Positions 43,604 to 53,002 of a DNA stretch of 64,000 bases are shown in pieces. Each line of letters opens with the position of its first letter. Position 1 is the stretch's first letter. The translations under genes were made by a program, and so were the position numbers. This stretch comes from Vicinamibacteria bacterium (GTDB taxonomy: Bacteria > Acidobacteriota > Vicinamibacteria > Marinacidobacterales > Marinacidobacteraceae), in NCBI GenBank assembly GCA_963668695.2, contig CAXXLQ010000004.1, positions 672,001-736,000 of the forward strand, written 5' to 3'. The notes below the pieces were generated by a model, which saw nothing but the letters and a program-made list of their open reading frames with translations, was not told the DNA's origin and did no database searches.

Positions 43604-44565
43604 TCCGGCCGGCTCCCGAAGAGGGCCGCCCGGTGTTCACTTCGGGAAATCGTGCGGGTGGCGATCGCCCGAAGGTTGCCCCGCGAAAGTCGGGAGGCCG
43701 CCAGTGTCGCGCGCTGCCGGTCAGGGAATACGCCGAACACTGCTGACCCGCTTCCCGACATGGCTGTTTCCACCGCTCCGGCTGCACGCAGGGCGCTCCG
43801 CATCCGCGAGATCGCATCGGGAGGCCGGGTCGTTTGCAGCACGGTAGACCGTTCAAGGTCGTTCGGAAAGCACCCTACGAAGAGCTTGCCACTAAGTTGG
43901 GGCCCCGAGGGACCCGACTCGAGAAACCGTAACAGAGTATCGGTCCGGACGTACCCACCGTCTCGGGAGATCGACGCCGGCGGCTTCGGGAGACCACGAT
44001 AGGCGTCCGGAGTCGGAATCATGAAGTCCGGAATCAGCAGCACGAGCGGTAGCTCCGCTGTCGCGGATACCGGAAACACCTGTTCTCCGCGGCCGGTAGC
44101 GACGGCGAGGCCTCCGTACAGAAAGAACGGAACGTCCATCCCGACCGCGGCCAGCAGGCGGTGCAGCGCGTGCCGGCGAAGTCCGAGTCCGAACAGCCGA
44201 TTCAGGCCCACGAGCGCCGCGGCGGCGTCAGAGCTTCCCCCGCCGAGTCCGCGGCCAGCGGGGATGTTCTTCTGGAGGCGAATGCGCACTCCGGGAAGAC
44301 TCCGTCCGACGAATTCCTGAAGCAGCAGGGCCGAGCGAACGACCAGGTTCGTTTCGTCCGTCGGGATGGAGGGGGTGTCGCATTCCAGCGCCAGACAGTC
44401 GCCGCCCGGTTCGAAGGTGAGGGTGTCCCAGAGATCCACCGAGGCCAGCACGGTACGGATTTCGTGGTAACCGTCGGGACGTCGGGAAAGAACCCGAAGT
44501 CCCAGATTGATCTTGGCCGGGGTTCTGATGACCAGGGAGCGACCGGACGAGTCCCCGCCGATCAT
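43582..44565 (-). CDS. ispE: 4-diphosphocytidyl-2-C-methyl-D-erythritol kinase
   Basis: PAKINLGL, DGYHE, KNIP...GLGGGSSDAA, NDLE, MSGSGS; ATG 44565 preceded by GGGAGG. Confidence 0.96.
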   Translation of the reverse strand: MIGGDSSGRSLVIRTPAKINLGLRVLSRRPDGYHEIRTVLASVDLWDTLTFEPGGDCLALECDTPSIPTDETNLVVRSALLLQEFVGRSLPGVRIRLQKNIPAGRGLGGGSSDAAAALVGLNRLFGLGLRRHALHRLLAAVGMDVPFFLYGGLAVATGRGEQVFPVSATAELPLVLLIPDFMIPTPDAYRGLPKPPASISRDGGYVRTDTLLRFLESGPSGPQLSGKLFVGCFPNDLERSTVLQTTRPPDAISRMRSALRAAGAVETAMSGSGSAVFGVFPDRQRATLAASRLSRGNLRAIATRTISRSEHRAALFGSRPDGAWPRG

Positions 44566-44582
44566 CGCCAACCCCTCCCGGC

Positions 44583-44936
44583 TAACGGCCTGTGAACAAA
44601 GTCGCGCGGCCCAGTTGCGGTGAAGATGCACTCGCGCCGGGACGCCGACAACCCGGATGGCGCGCAGGCAAGGGAACGCCGGTCTTCAGACCGGCACCGC
44701 AGCCCGCAGGGCCGCGAAACCGCGTACCGCCGATCGCGAACAAGCGCGGGGACGCGGCGCCGGGCCAACGTGAGTGCAGCTCGCTCTCCCAACCCCGGAT
44801 GGCGCCACCGCCCATCGCTCCCCCTACCCGGGGCCGCGCCTTTTTCATGTTGGCGGGGCATGCAGGCGGACCCGATCATGGGGGTTTCTCCCGGTGGGGG
44901 CCTCGGCGCTCCCGCCACTGTATCCACAGGCTGTTA
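44583..44936 (-). mobile_element. Long variant of the palindromic element (copy E): family ends, unrelated interior
   Basis: Ends TAACGGCCTGTGAACAAAGT / ACTGTATCCACAGGCTGTTA; conserved core absent. Confidence 0.75.
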
Positions 44937-45137
44937 ACAGCCTGTGGTGGAACCCGGGTGAGCGCCGAGAGCGGGGAGGCGCCCGGCTGACAAGGCGCGT
45001 GAGGGAGGAATACCTGGTGTATTTCGACCGAAACACAACGCCGAGCGCCGCAAAGCGCCAGTTCTCCCGGTGGGGGGGCGGTTCAGGCGGGATGGATCGC
45101 CGCTCGAACGCCGCGTGGGTTTCACCACAGGCTGTTA
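44935..45137 (+). mobile_element. Palindromic element, copy F (shares a TA with copy E; abuts the lipoprotein stop)
   Basis: Ends TAACAGCCTGTGGTGGAACCC / GGGTTTCACCACAGGCTGTTA; shared core. Confidence 0.88.
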
Positions 45138-45989
45138 ACGCTCCGGGAGCCTGGAGGTCCGACTCAGTTCCCGGATCTCAGCCCTTTGGTAACCCGCGGG
45201 GATCCGGACCCGGAAGGAATCGGCATGCAGGGTGGCGTTCACCTCGAGTTCCTCGATGGTGAGGGTGGCCTGGACGCGCTGCGAAGCGACCTCGACCCGG
45301 CGCGGCACCTGTCGCCCCTGCCGGCGGTAGTTGCCGGGATAGCGTGCCTCGTAGCCGGGGGCCACCACCCGCCGCACCTGCGCCTCGGGCCCCGGACCAT
45401 CCCACCAGATTTCAGCGCCACTCTCGAGGACGACTGACCCGCCGGCCGGGAGCGAGCGGATGTTCGCCGGACCCCCGACGGGCGCGCCACTCCCGACGAG
45501 GAGGGCCGCAACCTGCTTGAGCCCAACGGAAACTCCTAGCAGCGGGCCGGTGAATTCGCTGAGTTCCACTCCTTCGGCGAAAGCTCGCTCCCCGGGGACT
45601 ACCAGGCGGACATCACCCGGTGCGGCAACGACGGTCCAGCGGGAGCCCCCGACCGGAGCGAAGAGTTCGAGTCTCATGGCCTCGACCGCTTCCGGGTCCG
45701 CTCCCTCGGCCGGGCGGGTGAACACGACGAGCAGACGTCCCGAAAACCGCCCCCGCTGACCTTCTCCGCGCAGGCCCACCACGGCCTGATAGCGCCGAAC
45801 GCTGGCCGCCAGGGTGGCGGTCTCGTCCAGTAGTCGAAATGCGTCGGTTTCGTTCAGGGGTACCGGCGGCATCCGGGGGTTCCGGGTAGCGCATCCGAAT
45901 GATGCCCCGATGAACCAGAGCACCAGGACCCGGAGCGCTGCGTCGCGGCGCCGGCGTCGGCCGATTCGCGGCGGCTCCGGCGGAACCAG
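45135..45989 (-). CDS. Putative lipoprotein in the lolB position between the TPR gene and ispE; start codon unresolved
   Basis: RRRRR, hydrophobic stretch, lipobox-like SFG-C; beta-rich body; LolA/LolB-like fold is inferred from synteny only. Confidence 0.65.
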   Translation of the reverse strand: MVPPEPPRIGRRRRRDAALRVLVLWFIGASFGCATRNPRMPPVPLNETDAFRLLDETATLAASVRRYQAVVGLRGEGQRGRFSGRLLVVFTRPAEGADPEAVEAMRLELFAPVGGSRWTVVAAPGDVRLVVPGERAFAEGVELSEFTGPLLGVSVGLKQVAALLVGSGAPVGGPANIRSLPAGGSVVLESGAEIWWDGPGPEAQVRRVVAPGYEARYPGNYRRQGRQVPRRVEVASQRVQATLTIEELEVNATLHADSFRVRIPAGYQRAEIRELSRTSRLPER

Positions 45990-46006
45990 GCTCGCTCGCC
46001 CGCTAC

Positions 46007-46226
46007 CAGCAGCCTGTGGACAAAGTCTCGCGGCCCAGTTCTCCCGGTGGGGGCTCGAGCGGCGATCCATCCCGGCTGAGCACTCCGCTTCGCGTCGTTC
46101 AACGTTGCGCTTCGGTCGAAATACACCCGGGCCAGTTCTCCCGGTGGGGGCTCCTCCCTCGCGCGCCTTGTCAGCCGGGCGCCTCATCGGTCTCGGCGCT
46201 CACGCCACTTTATCCACAGGCTGCTA
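46007..46226 (-). mobile_element. Palindromic element, copy G (abuts the TPR-gene stop)
   Basis: Ends CAGCAGCCTGTGGACAAAGT / ACTTTATCCACAGGCTGCTA; core on the minus strand; two 19-bp modules. Confidence 0.88.
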
Positions 46227-48239
46227 ACGGTCGTTACCAGCTTCCTCGATTTTTCGGGCGATTGCCTCTCGTTCGAGTTCCTGGTCGCCGTCGTGCTGCA
46301 GGGCCATCCGCCAGAAGCGGACCGCTTCCTCGGTGTTCCCTTTCGCCCGGTAGAGATCGCCGAGATGGTCCAAAACCACACCGTTTTCCGGCATGCACTG
46401 CTGCGCGCGAAGCAGATTCGATTCCGCCAGACTCAGGTCACCCTTCCGGAATTGCACCCAGCCGAGGCTGTCGAGGTAGGAGCCGCTATAGGGATCCTCC
46501 CTGAGCGCCCGCTGGATCAATTCCTCAGACTCATCAAGGCGATCGTTCCGGTCGGCAAGCATGAAGCCGAGGTAGTTGAGAGCCAGGTCGTGGTCAGGCT
46601 CTAGCGCAATGACGCGGCGGAACTCTTCCTCCGCTTCCTGGAGTCTTCCCTGACGCTCGAGCAGCGCAGCAAGCTGGAATCGGAATGCCTGGTCATCCGC
46701 CTTTTCTGCAAGCCACTGGCGGGCAATCCTCTCCGCGGCGGGGAGGTCTCCGGCTTCGACGTGGTGGCGGAGCAGCGCGTGCACCACTCCCCCGGTGTCG
46801 GGGTACTCGGCAACCAGGCCCCGGAGAATCCCGAGTGCCGCGTCGTGGCGGCCTGCCGCGTTCAGCACCCGAGCCTGGAGCGCTAGCAATCCGGGTTCCC
46901 CTGGCCGGTCGTCGATCAATTCCTCAACGAGTTCTGCTGCCTCATCCGGCTGGCCGGCGGCCAACCGGTTCTGCACGAGCGCAACCCGATAGCGGAACGC
47001 CTCGGGGGACTCCCCGGCGAGCTGGACGGCCTCGGCGAGTACGTCATACGCCTGGTTGTAGTCGCCGGCCTGCTCCAGGGTCTGCGCAAGGCGGCCCAGA
47101 GCTTCCCGGCGGCGGCCAAGACCGTACGCGTTCTGCGGAAGCGACACCAGGGTCTGGAATTCCTCGGCCGCCCGCCCGAACTGGCAGCGAGCGGCAAAGA
47201 CACCACCGAGCGCCAGCCTTGCCGGAACACTTCGGTCGTTCTCTTGCAGCAGCCGGACGAGCGCTGCTTCCGCGTCTTCGAGCCGCCGTTGCTGTCGCCG
47301 CACCATCGCGAGACCCATGAGCGCAATCTCGCTCCGCGGCTCGGCTGCGAGCAGGCGTTCGAATGCCTGCGCGGCCTCATCCAGCCTGCCGAGTCGGGCC
47401 AAACCGTCCGCAAGCGATAGGCGGAGCGCCTGATCGTCCGGGTATTCGATCGACCCCGCCTCGTACAGTGCTACCACTTCTGCGAGCGCCTCTTCCGGAG
47501 ACCGGCCGGGGATCTCACCGTTTCGGAGGAGATCGTCGGCCATCTCACGTGCGTCCGGCTGGCGTGGTTCGATGCGGAGGGATTGGAGGAGATAGTCGAA
47601 TGCCTGCTCCCGATCGCCCGCCGTGAGCCGAAGCTGTGCCAGGAGCAACAGTTCCCCAAAGGCATCGGGGGCCCGGCGGACAAGTTCACGAAGGTGGGTT
47701 GCCGCCTCCTCTCCCCGCTGCGAAGCAGCGAGCAGGCGGGCAAGCTCCGACCGGCTGCGGAGGTCCTCGGGGTCGAGGCGCACTGCCTCGCTCAGCGAAG
47801 AAATCGCCTGCGCGGCGGCCTCCGAGTCGTCTCCAGACCGCAGGCGCCGGAAATACACGGCGCCGAGGACCCGGTGGGCGGCGGCGGCCTCTGGATCCCG
47901 CGCTACGGCCTCGGCCGCGGCTGCCTCTGCAGCGTCGAGATCGAAAGCCGCCAGATTGAGATTGGCGATGGCGATGAGCGGTTCGGCCGCTTGCAGGTCG
48001 AGTTCCGCCGCCCTCCGGTAGGCAGCGACGGCTTCTTCCCGCCCTCCGGACATCTCGGCGAGCCACCCTTCGCCGTACACCCGATAGGCCTCGGCGACCG
48101 CATCGATAGCGACCGGTTCTTCAGCGTCGCCGGTTTGCTCGGGCTCCGTACCGGTGGAACCGGGTTCCTGAGCTCCCAACGCCGTGCCAGGCGCCGCCCC
48201 GAGGAGCGCCAGCAGAACCCAGAGGACCGTCCGCGACAT
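46224..48239 (-). CDS. Exported tetratricopeptide-repeat protein
   Basis: Signal peptide MSRTVLWVLLALLGAAPGTALG; TPR motifs ALNYLGFMLAD, YLDSLGWV, DHLGDLY. Confidence 0.9.
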   Translation of the reverse strand: MSRTVLWVLLALLGAAPGTALGAQEPGSTGTEPEQTGDAEEPVAIDAVAEAYRVYGEGWLAEMSGGREEAVAAYRRAAELDLQAAEPLIAIANLNLAAFDLDAAEAAAAEAVARDPEAAAAHRVLGAVYFRRLRSGDDSEAAAQAISSLSEAVRLDPEDLRSRSELARLLAASQRGEEAATHLRELVRRAPDAFGELLLLAQLRLTAGDREQAFDYLLQSLRIEPRQPDAREMADDLLRNGEIPGRSPEEALAEVVALYEAGSIEYPDDQALRLSLADGLARLGRLDEAAQAFERLLAAEPRSEIALMGLAMVRRQQRRLEDAEAALVRLLQENDRSVPARLALGGVFAARCQFGRAAEEFQTLVSLPQNAYGLGRRREALGRLAQTLEQAGDYNQAYDVLAEAVQLAGESPEAFRYRVALVQNRLAAGQPDEAAELVEELIDDRPGEPGLLALQARVLNAAGRHDAALGILRGLVAEYPDTGGVVHALLRHHVEAGDLPAAERIARQWLAEKADDQAFRFQLAALLERQGRLQEAEEEFRRVIALEPDHDLALNYLGFMLADRNDRLDESEELIQRALREDPYSGSYLDSLGWVQFRKGDLSLAESNLLRAQQCMPENGVVLDHLGDLYRAKGNTEEAVRFWRMALQHDGDQELEREAIARKIEEAGNDR

Positions 48240-48497
48240 AGAACGGGAATTTACCGCTGCCGGCAAGTGAGCGCCGCTCGCGCGCCGCCGTGAGCTCGGT
48301 TCCGCCGGTGGATGGAACGCTGGGCAGGTCTCCCGACGCAGCCGTTCACACCGGCAGAACTGGCCGGCGCCCCGTGGTAATGGGGCGCATCCGCCTCGGC
48401 ACCTGGCGTCTCGGGCGCCATTCGGTCCGGCGCCTCCGACAAGAGAACCGCCTGGCACTCGCTGATCAGAGGTGCGCTTCCCGAACGAGGGGAAAGG

Positions 48498-49250
48498 CTG
48501 ACGGCAGCGAACATTGTTCGCTGCCCGCCTGATCGGGGGGAATGTGTGAAAGGGGCACTCCCCCCTTCACGATCAACAACGACCCATCGGAACTCGCCAC
48601 CGCGCGCCAGCTGAACAGCGATGTGAGATCCAGGCCCGCGGAATCGCGCGTCTCGCCCGCCTGCGACGGGCGATGCCGACCGGAGGTCGGCACTCCCTTC
48701 CCACCGCGCCGTCGGGATGAACGGCAGGGCGCATTTCCCGGGACGGCGCGGACCCCGAGCAGGTAGAGACTGACGGCAGCGAACTCTGTTCGCTGCCCGC
48801 GTGACCGGGGGGAAAGTGTGAAAGGGGGCACTCCCCCTTTCATTTTCCGGAGCGCGGTAAAAGCCGCGCGCAGACGCCGGAGCGGGAGCGCCTGGGTTCG
48901 GGGTCACCCGAACCCCAGGCGCTCCTGACTCGGCAATCAACAACGACCCATCGGAACTCGCCACCGCGCGCCAGCTGAACAGCGATGTGAGATCCAGGCC
49001 CGCGGAATCGCGCGTTTCGCCCGCCTGCGACGGGCGATGCCGACTGAAGGTCGGCGCTCCCTTCCCACCGCGCCGTCGGGATGAACGGCAGGGCGCATTT
49101 CCCGGGACGGCGCGGACCCCGAGCAGGTAGAGACTGATGGCAGCGAACTCTGTTCGCTGCCCGCGTGACCGGGGGGAACGTGTGAAAGGGGGGCTCGCCC
49201 CCCTTTCACAAACCAACAACAACCCATCGGAACTCGCCGCCGCGCGCCGC
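48498..49250. repeat. Tandem array of ~272-bp multi-hairpin units (BIME-like) downstream of purH
   Basis: Unit starts at 48498, 48770 and 49134; near-identical sequence; several internal palindromes. Confidence 0.92.
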
Positions 49251-49378
49251 TGGCGCGCAAGGGAGTTTCGATGGCCGGCGCGGAGCGCCGGGCGGTTCCC
49301 GGACGGGGCCCGAACACAAACAAACACCATGGCACCCACTCGACAGCAACCCGTCGCCCCGTCCGGGGACCGCTCGAC

Positions 49379-50965
49379 CTAATGCCGAAAGTGGCGGGCG
49401 CCGGTAAGGACCATCGCCAAACCCCGCTCGTTGGCAGCGTCGATGACCTCCTGGTCCCGCACGGAACCACCGGGCTGGATCACAGCGGAAATTCCCGCAT
49501 CAGCGAGCACTTCCAGCCCGTCGGCAAACGGGAAGAACGCATCCGATGCCGCCACCGCACCATCGAGCGAGGACTGAGCCTTCTCGACCGCCAGCCGGCA
49601 GGAGTCGAGCCGGCTCATCTGACCGGCACCCACCCCGAGAAGCGCGCTGCCGCGGCCAACGACGATGGCGTTGGACTTGACGTGTTTCGCCGCCTGCCAC
49701 ACGAAGCGGAGACCCTCCCATTCGGACTCGGACGGCTCGCGCCGGGTGGCCACCCGATAGGCGGACTCGTCATCGCCGCGGTCCCAATCCTGGACCAGCA
49801 GGCCGCCCGCAACCCGCGCGAAGGTACGCCCGCTCGGAGCGAAAGCGCGGAGATCGGTCATTTCGATCAGGCGGAGGTTCTTCTTGCGGCGGAGCCGAGC
49901 GAAGGCATCCGGATGGAACGCGGGCGCGGCAATGGCCTCCAGAAACGTCGAGGCCATCTCCTTCGCGGTGTCGAGGTCTACCTCCCGGCTAAGCGCGACG
50001 ATGCCACCGAACGCTGAGACGGGATCGGTGGCTCGGGCGGCCCGATAGGCGTCCAGCAGAGTTTCGGCAACGGCGGCGCCGGCCGGGTTCGAGTGCTTGA
50101 TGATCGCCGCGGCGGCTTCATCCTGCCCGCGGGCGTTCGCGAGATCGGCGACCAGCCGAACCGCTGCATCGAGATCCAGAATGTTGTTGTAGGAGAGTGC
50201 CTTGCCGTGGAGTTGCCGGGCGCCCGGAATGCCGGCGCGCCCGGGTCCCGCGTCGCGGTACAGGGCAGCGGCCTGGTGAGGATTCTCCCCGTAGCGGAGT
50301 TCGGCCACTCTTTCGAACTCGACGGAGACCCGTTCGGGGAAGGCAGCGTCGTCGGCTCCTGGCGCGGCGAAGGAAGCCGCCACGGCGCGGTCGTAGGCAG
50401 CGGTGGCCTGGAAGGCAGTGGCGGCGAGCCGGCGGCGGAGCGCCAACCCGGCGTCGGGCTCGGGATCGTCCAGGGCGGCAAGCACCGCCGCATAGTCGGC
50501 GGAGTCCACGACCACTGCGACGTCCGGCCAGTTCTTGGCCGCGGCGCGGACCAGGCAGGGCCCTCCAATGTCGATGTTCTCTCGAACTTCGTCCTCTTCG
50601 GCCCCTCGGGCCACCGTCTCTTCGAAGGGGTAGAAATTCACCACGACCACATCGATGGGCTCGATGCCGAGTTCGCGAAGGGAGGCGAGGTCATCGGGAC
50701 GCGAACGCCGAGCGAGGATCCCCCCATGGATTCGCGGATGGAGGGTCTTGACGCGGCCATCGAGGATTTCGGGATGTCCGGTCACCTCGGAAACCCCCCG
50801 TACCGCGATGCCGCAATCCTCAAGAAATCGCGCCGTGCCACCACTGGCCACGATCTCGAACCCGCGCTCCACCAGACCGCGGGCGAAGGCGTCGAGACCT
50901 TCCTTGCGGCTGACGCTGAGCAACGCACGTCGCGGAGTGGGGGCGTTGTCGGTCGGGTCATTCAT
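49379..50965 (-). CDS. purH: Bifunctional AICAR transformylase/IMP cyclohydrolase
   Basis: [51 protein letters not shown]; start ATG 50965. Confidence 0.98.
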   Translation of the reverse strand: MNDPTDNAPTPRRALLSVSRKEGLDAFARGLVERGFEIVASGGTARFLEDCGIAVRGVSEVTGHPEILDGRVKTLHPRIHGGILARRSRPDDLASLRELGIEPIDVVVVNFYPFEETVARGAEEDEVRENIDIGGPCLVRAAAKNWPDVAVVVDSADYAAVLAALDDPEPDAGLALRRRLAATAFQATAAYDRAVAASFAAPGADDAAFPERVSVEFERVAELRYGENPHQAAALYRDAGPGRAGIPGARQLHGKALSYNNILDLDAAVRLVADLANARGQDEAAAAIIKHSNPAGAAVAETLLDAYRAARATDPVSAFGGIVALSREVDLDTAKEMASTFLEAIAAPAFHPDAFARLRRKKNLRLIEMTDLRAFAPSGRTFARVAGGLLVQDWDRGDDESAYRVATRREPSESEWEGLRFVWQAAKHVKSNAIVVGRGSALLGVGAGQMSRLDSCRLAVEKAQSSLDGAVAASDAFFPFADGLEVLADAGISAVIQPGGSVRDQEVIDAANERGLAMVLTGARHFRH

Positions 50966-50986
50966 GGGGCGAAGGGCGGCGGATGC

Positions 50987-51189
50987 TAGCAGCCCACGAA
51001 CAAAGTCACGCGGCGTTCGAGCGGCGATCCATCCCGCCTGAAACACTCCGCTGCGCGTCCTTCATCGTTGCGCGTCGGTCGAAATACACCCGGGCCAGTT
51101 CTCCCGGTGGGGGCTCCTCCCTCGCGCGTCTTGTCAGCCGGGCGCCTCGCCGCTCCCGGCGCTCGCGCCACTTTATCCGCGGACTGCTA
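50987..51189 (-). mobile_element. Palindromic element, copy H (between divergent purH and selA)
   Basis: Minus-strand ends TAGCAGTCCGCGGATAAAGT / ACTTTGTTCGTGGGCTGCTA pair with 4 G.T wobbles; shared core. Confidence 0.88.
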
Positions 51190-51250
51190 ACAGCCCCGTG
51201 GGTATTCTTGGAGGTCGTCGGAGACCTTCTTCCGCTTGCGCAGCAATCCC

Positions 51251-52666
51251 GTGTCCGAAAGCCAGACCAGTGCCCTCGCACAACTCCCCGCGGTGGGACG
51301 GCTTCTCGAAACGCCGCGCTTCCGGACCCTCTCCGCCACCTTCGGGCGGCCGCTGGTTACCGCCGCGCTGCGGGCGGAGATTTCCGAACTTCGCCGGGCA
51401 GTGCGCGCGGCGGCCGTTCCGGGGAGCTTCTCCCGCGATCCTGAAGTCTGGCTCGCCTCCGCGGTGCAGTCACGGCTCGAGCGAGCCGCCGGGCCCGACC
51501 TCCGGCGGGTAATCAACGCCACCGGAGTCGTCGTCCACACCAACCTCGGAAGGGCGCCGCTTTCCGAGCGCGCCGCCCAGGCCGTGTTCCGCGTCGCGAT
51601 CGGCTATTCCGACCTCGAATTCGATCTCGCTACCGGTGCCCGGGGAAGTCGCCAACAGCACCTCGCCGGGCTGTTCGAGGCCATGTTTCCGGGGAGGGCG
51701 TCGGTGGTCACCGGAAACGCCGCCGGCGGCGTGCTGCTGGCGCTTGACACCCTCGCCGCCGGGAAAGACGTAGTCGTGTCGCGCGGGGAATTGGTCGAGA
51801 TCGGGGATTCCTTCCGCATCCCGGACATCCTCAAGAAGAGCGGGGCGCGGCTCGCCGAAGTGGGAACGACGAACCGCACCCGCGCTGACGACTACCGGCG
51901 AGCCATAACCGAAAGTGACGGCGAGGTAGGGGCGCTGCTCAAGGTCCACCAATCCAACTTCCGGATCGTCGGCTTCACCGAGGCAACTCCCACTGCCGAC
52001 CTGGTGGCGCTGGGAGCGGAGTTCGGAATTCCGGTCATCGAGGACTTCGGAAGCGGCAACCTGCAACCGCTGGCGGAGTTCGGAGTGGAGGGTGCGGAGG
52101 ACGAGCCCACCCTCGCCGACCGCGTGGCGTCGGGGGCGGATCTCGTGATCTTCTCCGGAGACAAGCTGTTCGGAGGCCCCCAGGCCGGCATTCTACTGGG
52201 TACCCCGGAGGCGATCCGGGCCTGCCGCCAGAACCCGCTCGCCCGGGCTCTCCGCCCCGACAAGATGGCGATCGCCGGCCTGCAGGCAACGCTTTGGAGC
52301 CATCTCACCGGGCGCGCCTCCCGCGAGATTCCCGTCATCCGGGCCATCGCGCGGCCCCTCGAAGCGATCGAAGCCGCGGCCCGGCGCATTGGATCGGCAT
52401 TGAACCCGAGCGCCGGGTGGCAGGTGGAGATCGTCCCGGAGACCTCGCGGATCGGCGGAGGAGCCGCCCCCGGAGCCGGACTCCCGACGCACTGTCTTGC
52501 CCTCGACTGCACCGGCCGCCCGGCGGAAGAAATCCGCCAGCGCCTTCTCGGGTGCGAGCCGCCGGTCGTCTCCCGGATCGTGAAGGACCGGGTGCTCCTC
52601 GACCTTCGCACCGTCGCCGAGGACGAGACCGACGAACTGCTGGCGGCGCTGAACAGCCTGTGGTGA
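51251..52666 (+). CDS. selA: L-seryl-tRNA(Sec) selenium transferase
   Basis: RVINATGVVVHTNLGRAPL, SRGELVEIG.SFRIPD, EVGTTNRT, FSGDKL.GGPQAG; start GTG 51251 or TTG 51236. Confidence 0.96.
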   Translation: MSESQTSALAQLPAVGRLLETPRFRTLSATFGRPLVTAALRAEISELRRAVRAAAVPGSFSRDPEVWLASAVQSRLERAAGPDLRRVINATGVVVHTNLGRAPLSERAAQAVFRVAIGYSDLEFDLATGARGSRQQHLAGLFEAMFPGRASVVTGNAAGGVLLALDTLAAGKDVVVSRGELVEIGDSFRIPDILKKSGARLAEVGTTNRTRADDYRRAITESDGEVGALLKVHQSNFRIVGFTEATPTADLVALGAEFGIPVIEDFGSGNLQPLAEFGVEGAEDEPTLADRVASGADLVIFSGDKLFGGPQAGILLGTPEAIRACRQNPLARALRPDKMAIAGLQATLWSHLTGRASREIPVIRAIARPLEAIEAAARRIGSALNPSAGWQVEIVPETSRIGGGAAPGAGLPTHCLALDCTGRPAEEIRQRLLGCEPPVVSRIVKDRVLLDLRTVAEDETDELLAALNSLW

Positions 52667-52750
52667 AACCGCCCCTGAAGGCGAATGAGCGGACCAATGA
52701 CAAGGCTGGATCCGGCCGGCCGACAAAGTACCCTTCCCGGACCAATCTTC

Positions 52751-53002
52751 ATGGTTCCTGCCTCCGAACACTCCGGCCGGGTTGATTCCCGCGGCTTGGC
52801 CGGCGAGCTGTTCATCAATGGGAAAGAGCGCCCGGTGCCGCATCCCGCTTCGGTGCGGGGCGCCCTCGAGGCGCTCGGACTCGCGACCCGCCCGGTGGCC
52901 GTCGAGTTGAACGGAACCCTGGTGCGGCGAGCCGATCAGGAGACCACCGTCCTGAAGCCAGGGGACCGGGTGGAAATCGTGAGTTTCGTGGGGGGTGGCT
53001 GA
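52751..53002 (+). CDS. thiS: Sulfur carrier protein ThiS
   Basis: [25 protein letters not shown]-terminus; overlaps thiG; start uncertain. Confidence 0.92.
   Translation: MVPASEHSGRVDSRGLAGELFINGKERPVPHPASVRGALEALGLATRPVAVELNGTLVRRADQETTVLKPGDRVEIVSFVGGG

Noticed and set aside
48251-49339. 362-aa repeat-containing ORF, or CRISPR reading of the 272-bp array
   Set aside because: The translation mirrors DNA hairpin repeats with no domain signature; sequences between hairpins are identical rather than unique spacers.
50966-51235. ZTP riboswitch before purH or TPP riboswitch before thiS-thiG
   Set aside because: No recognisable aptamer by eye; the purH upstream region is occupied by element copy H. 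A cmscan run would be needed to exclude them fully.
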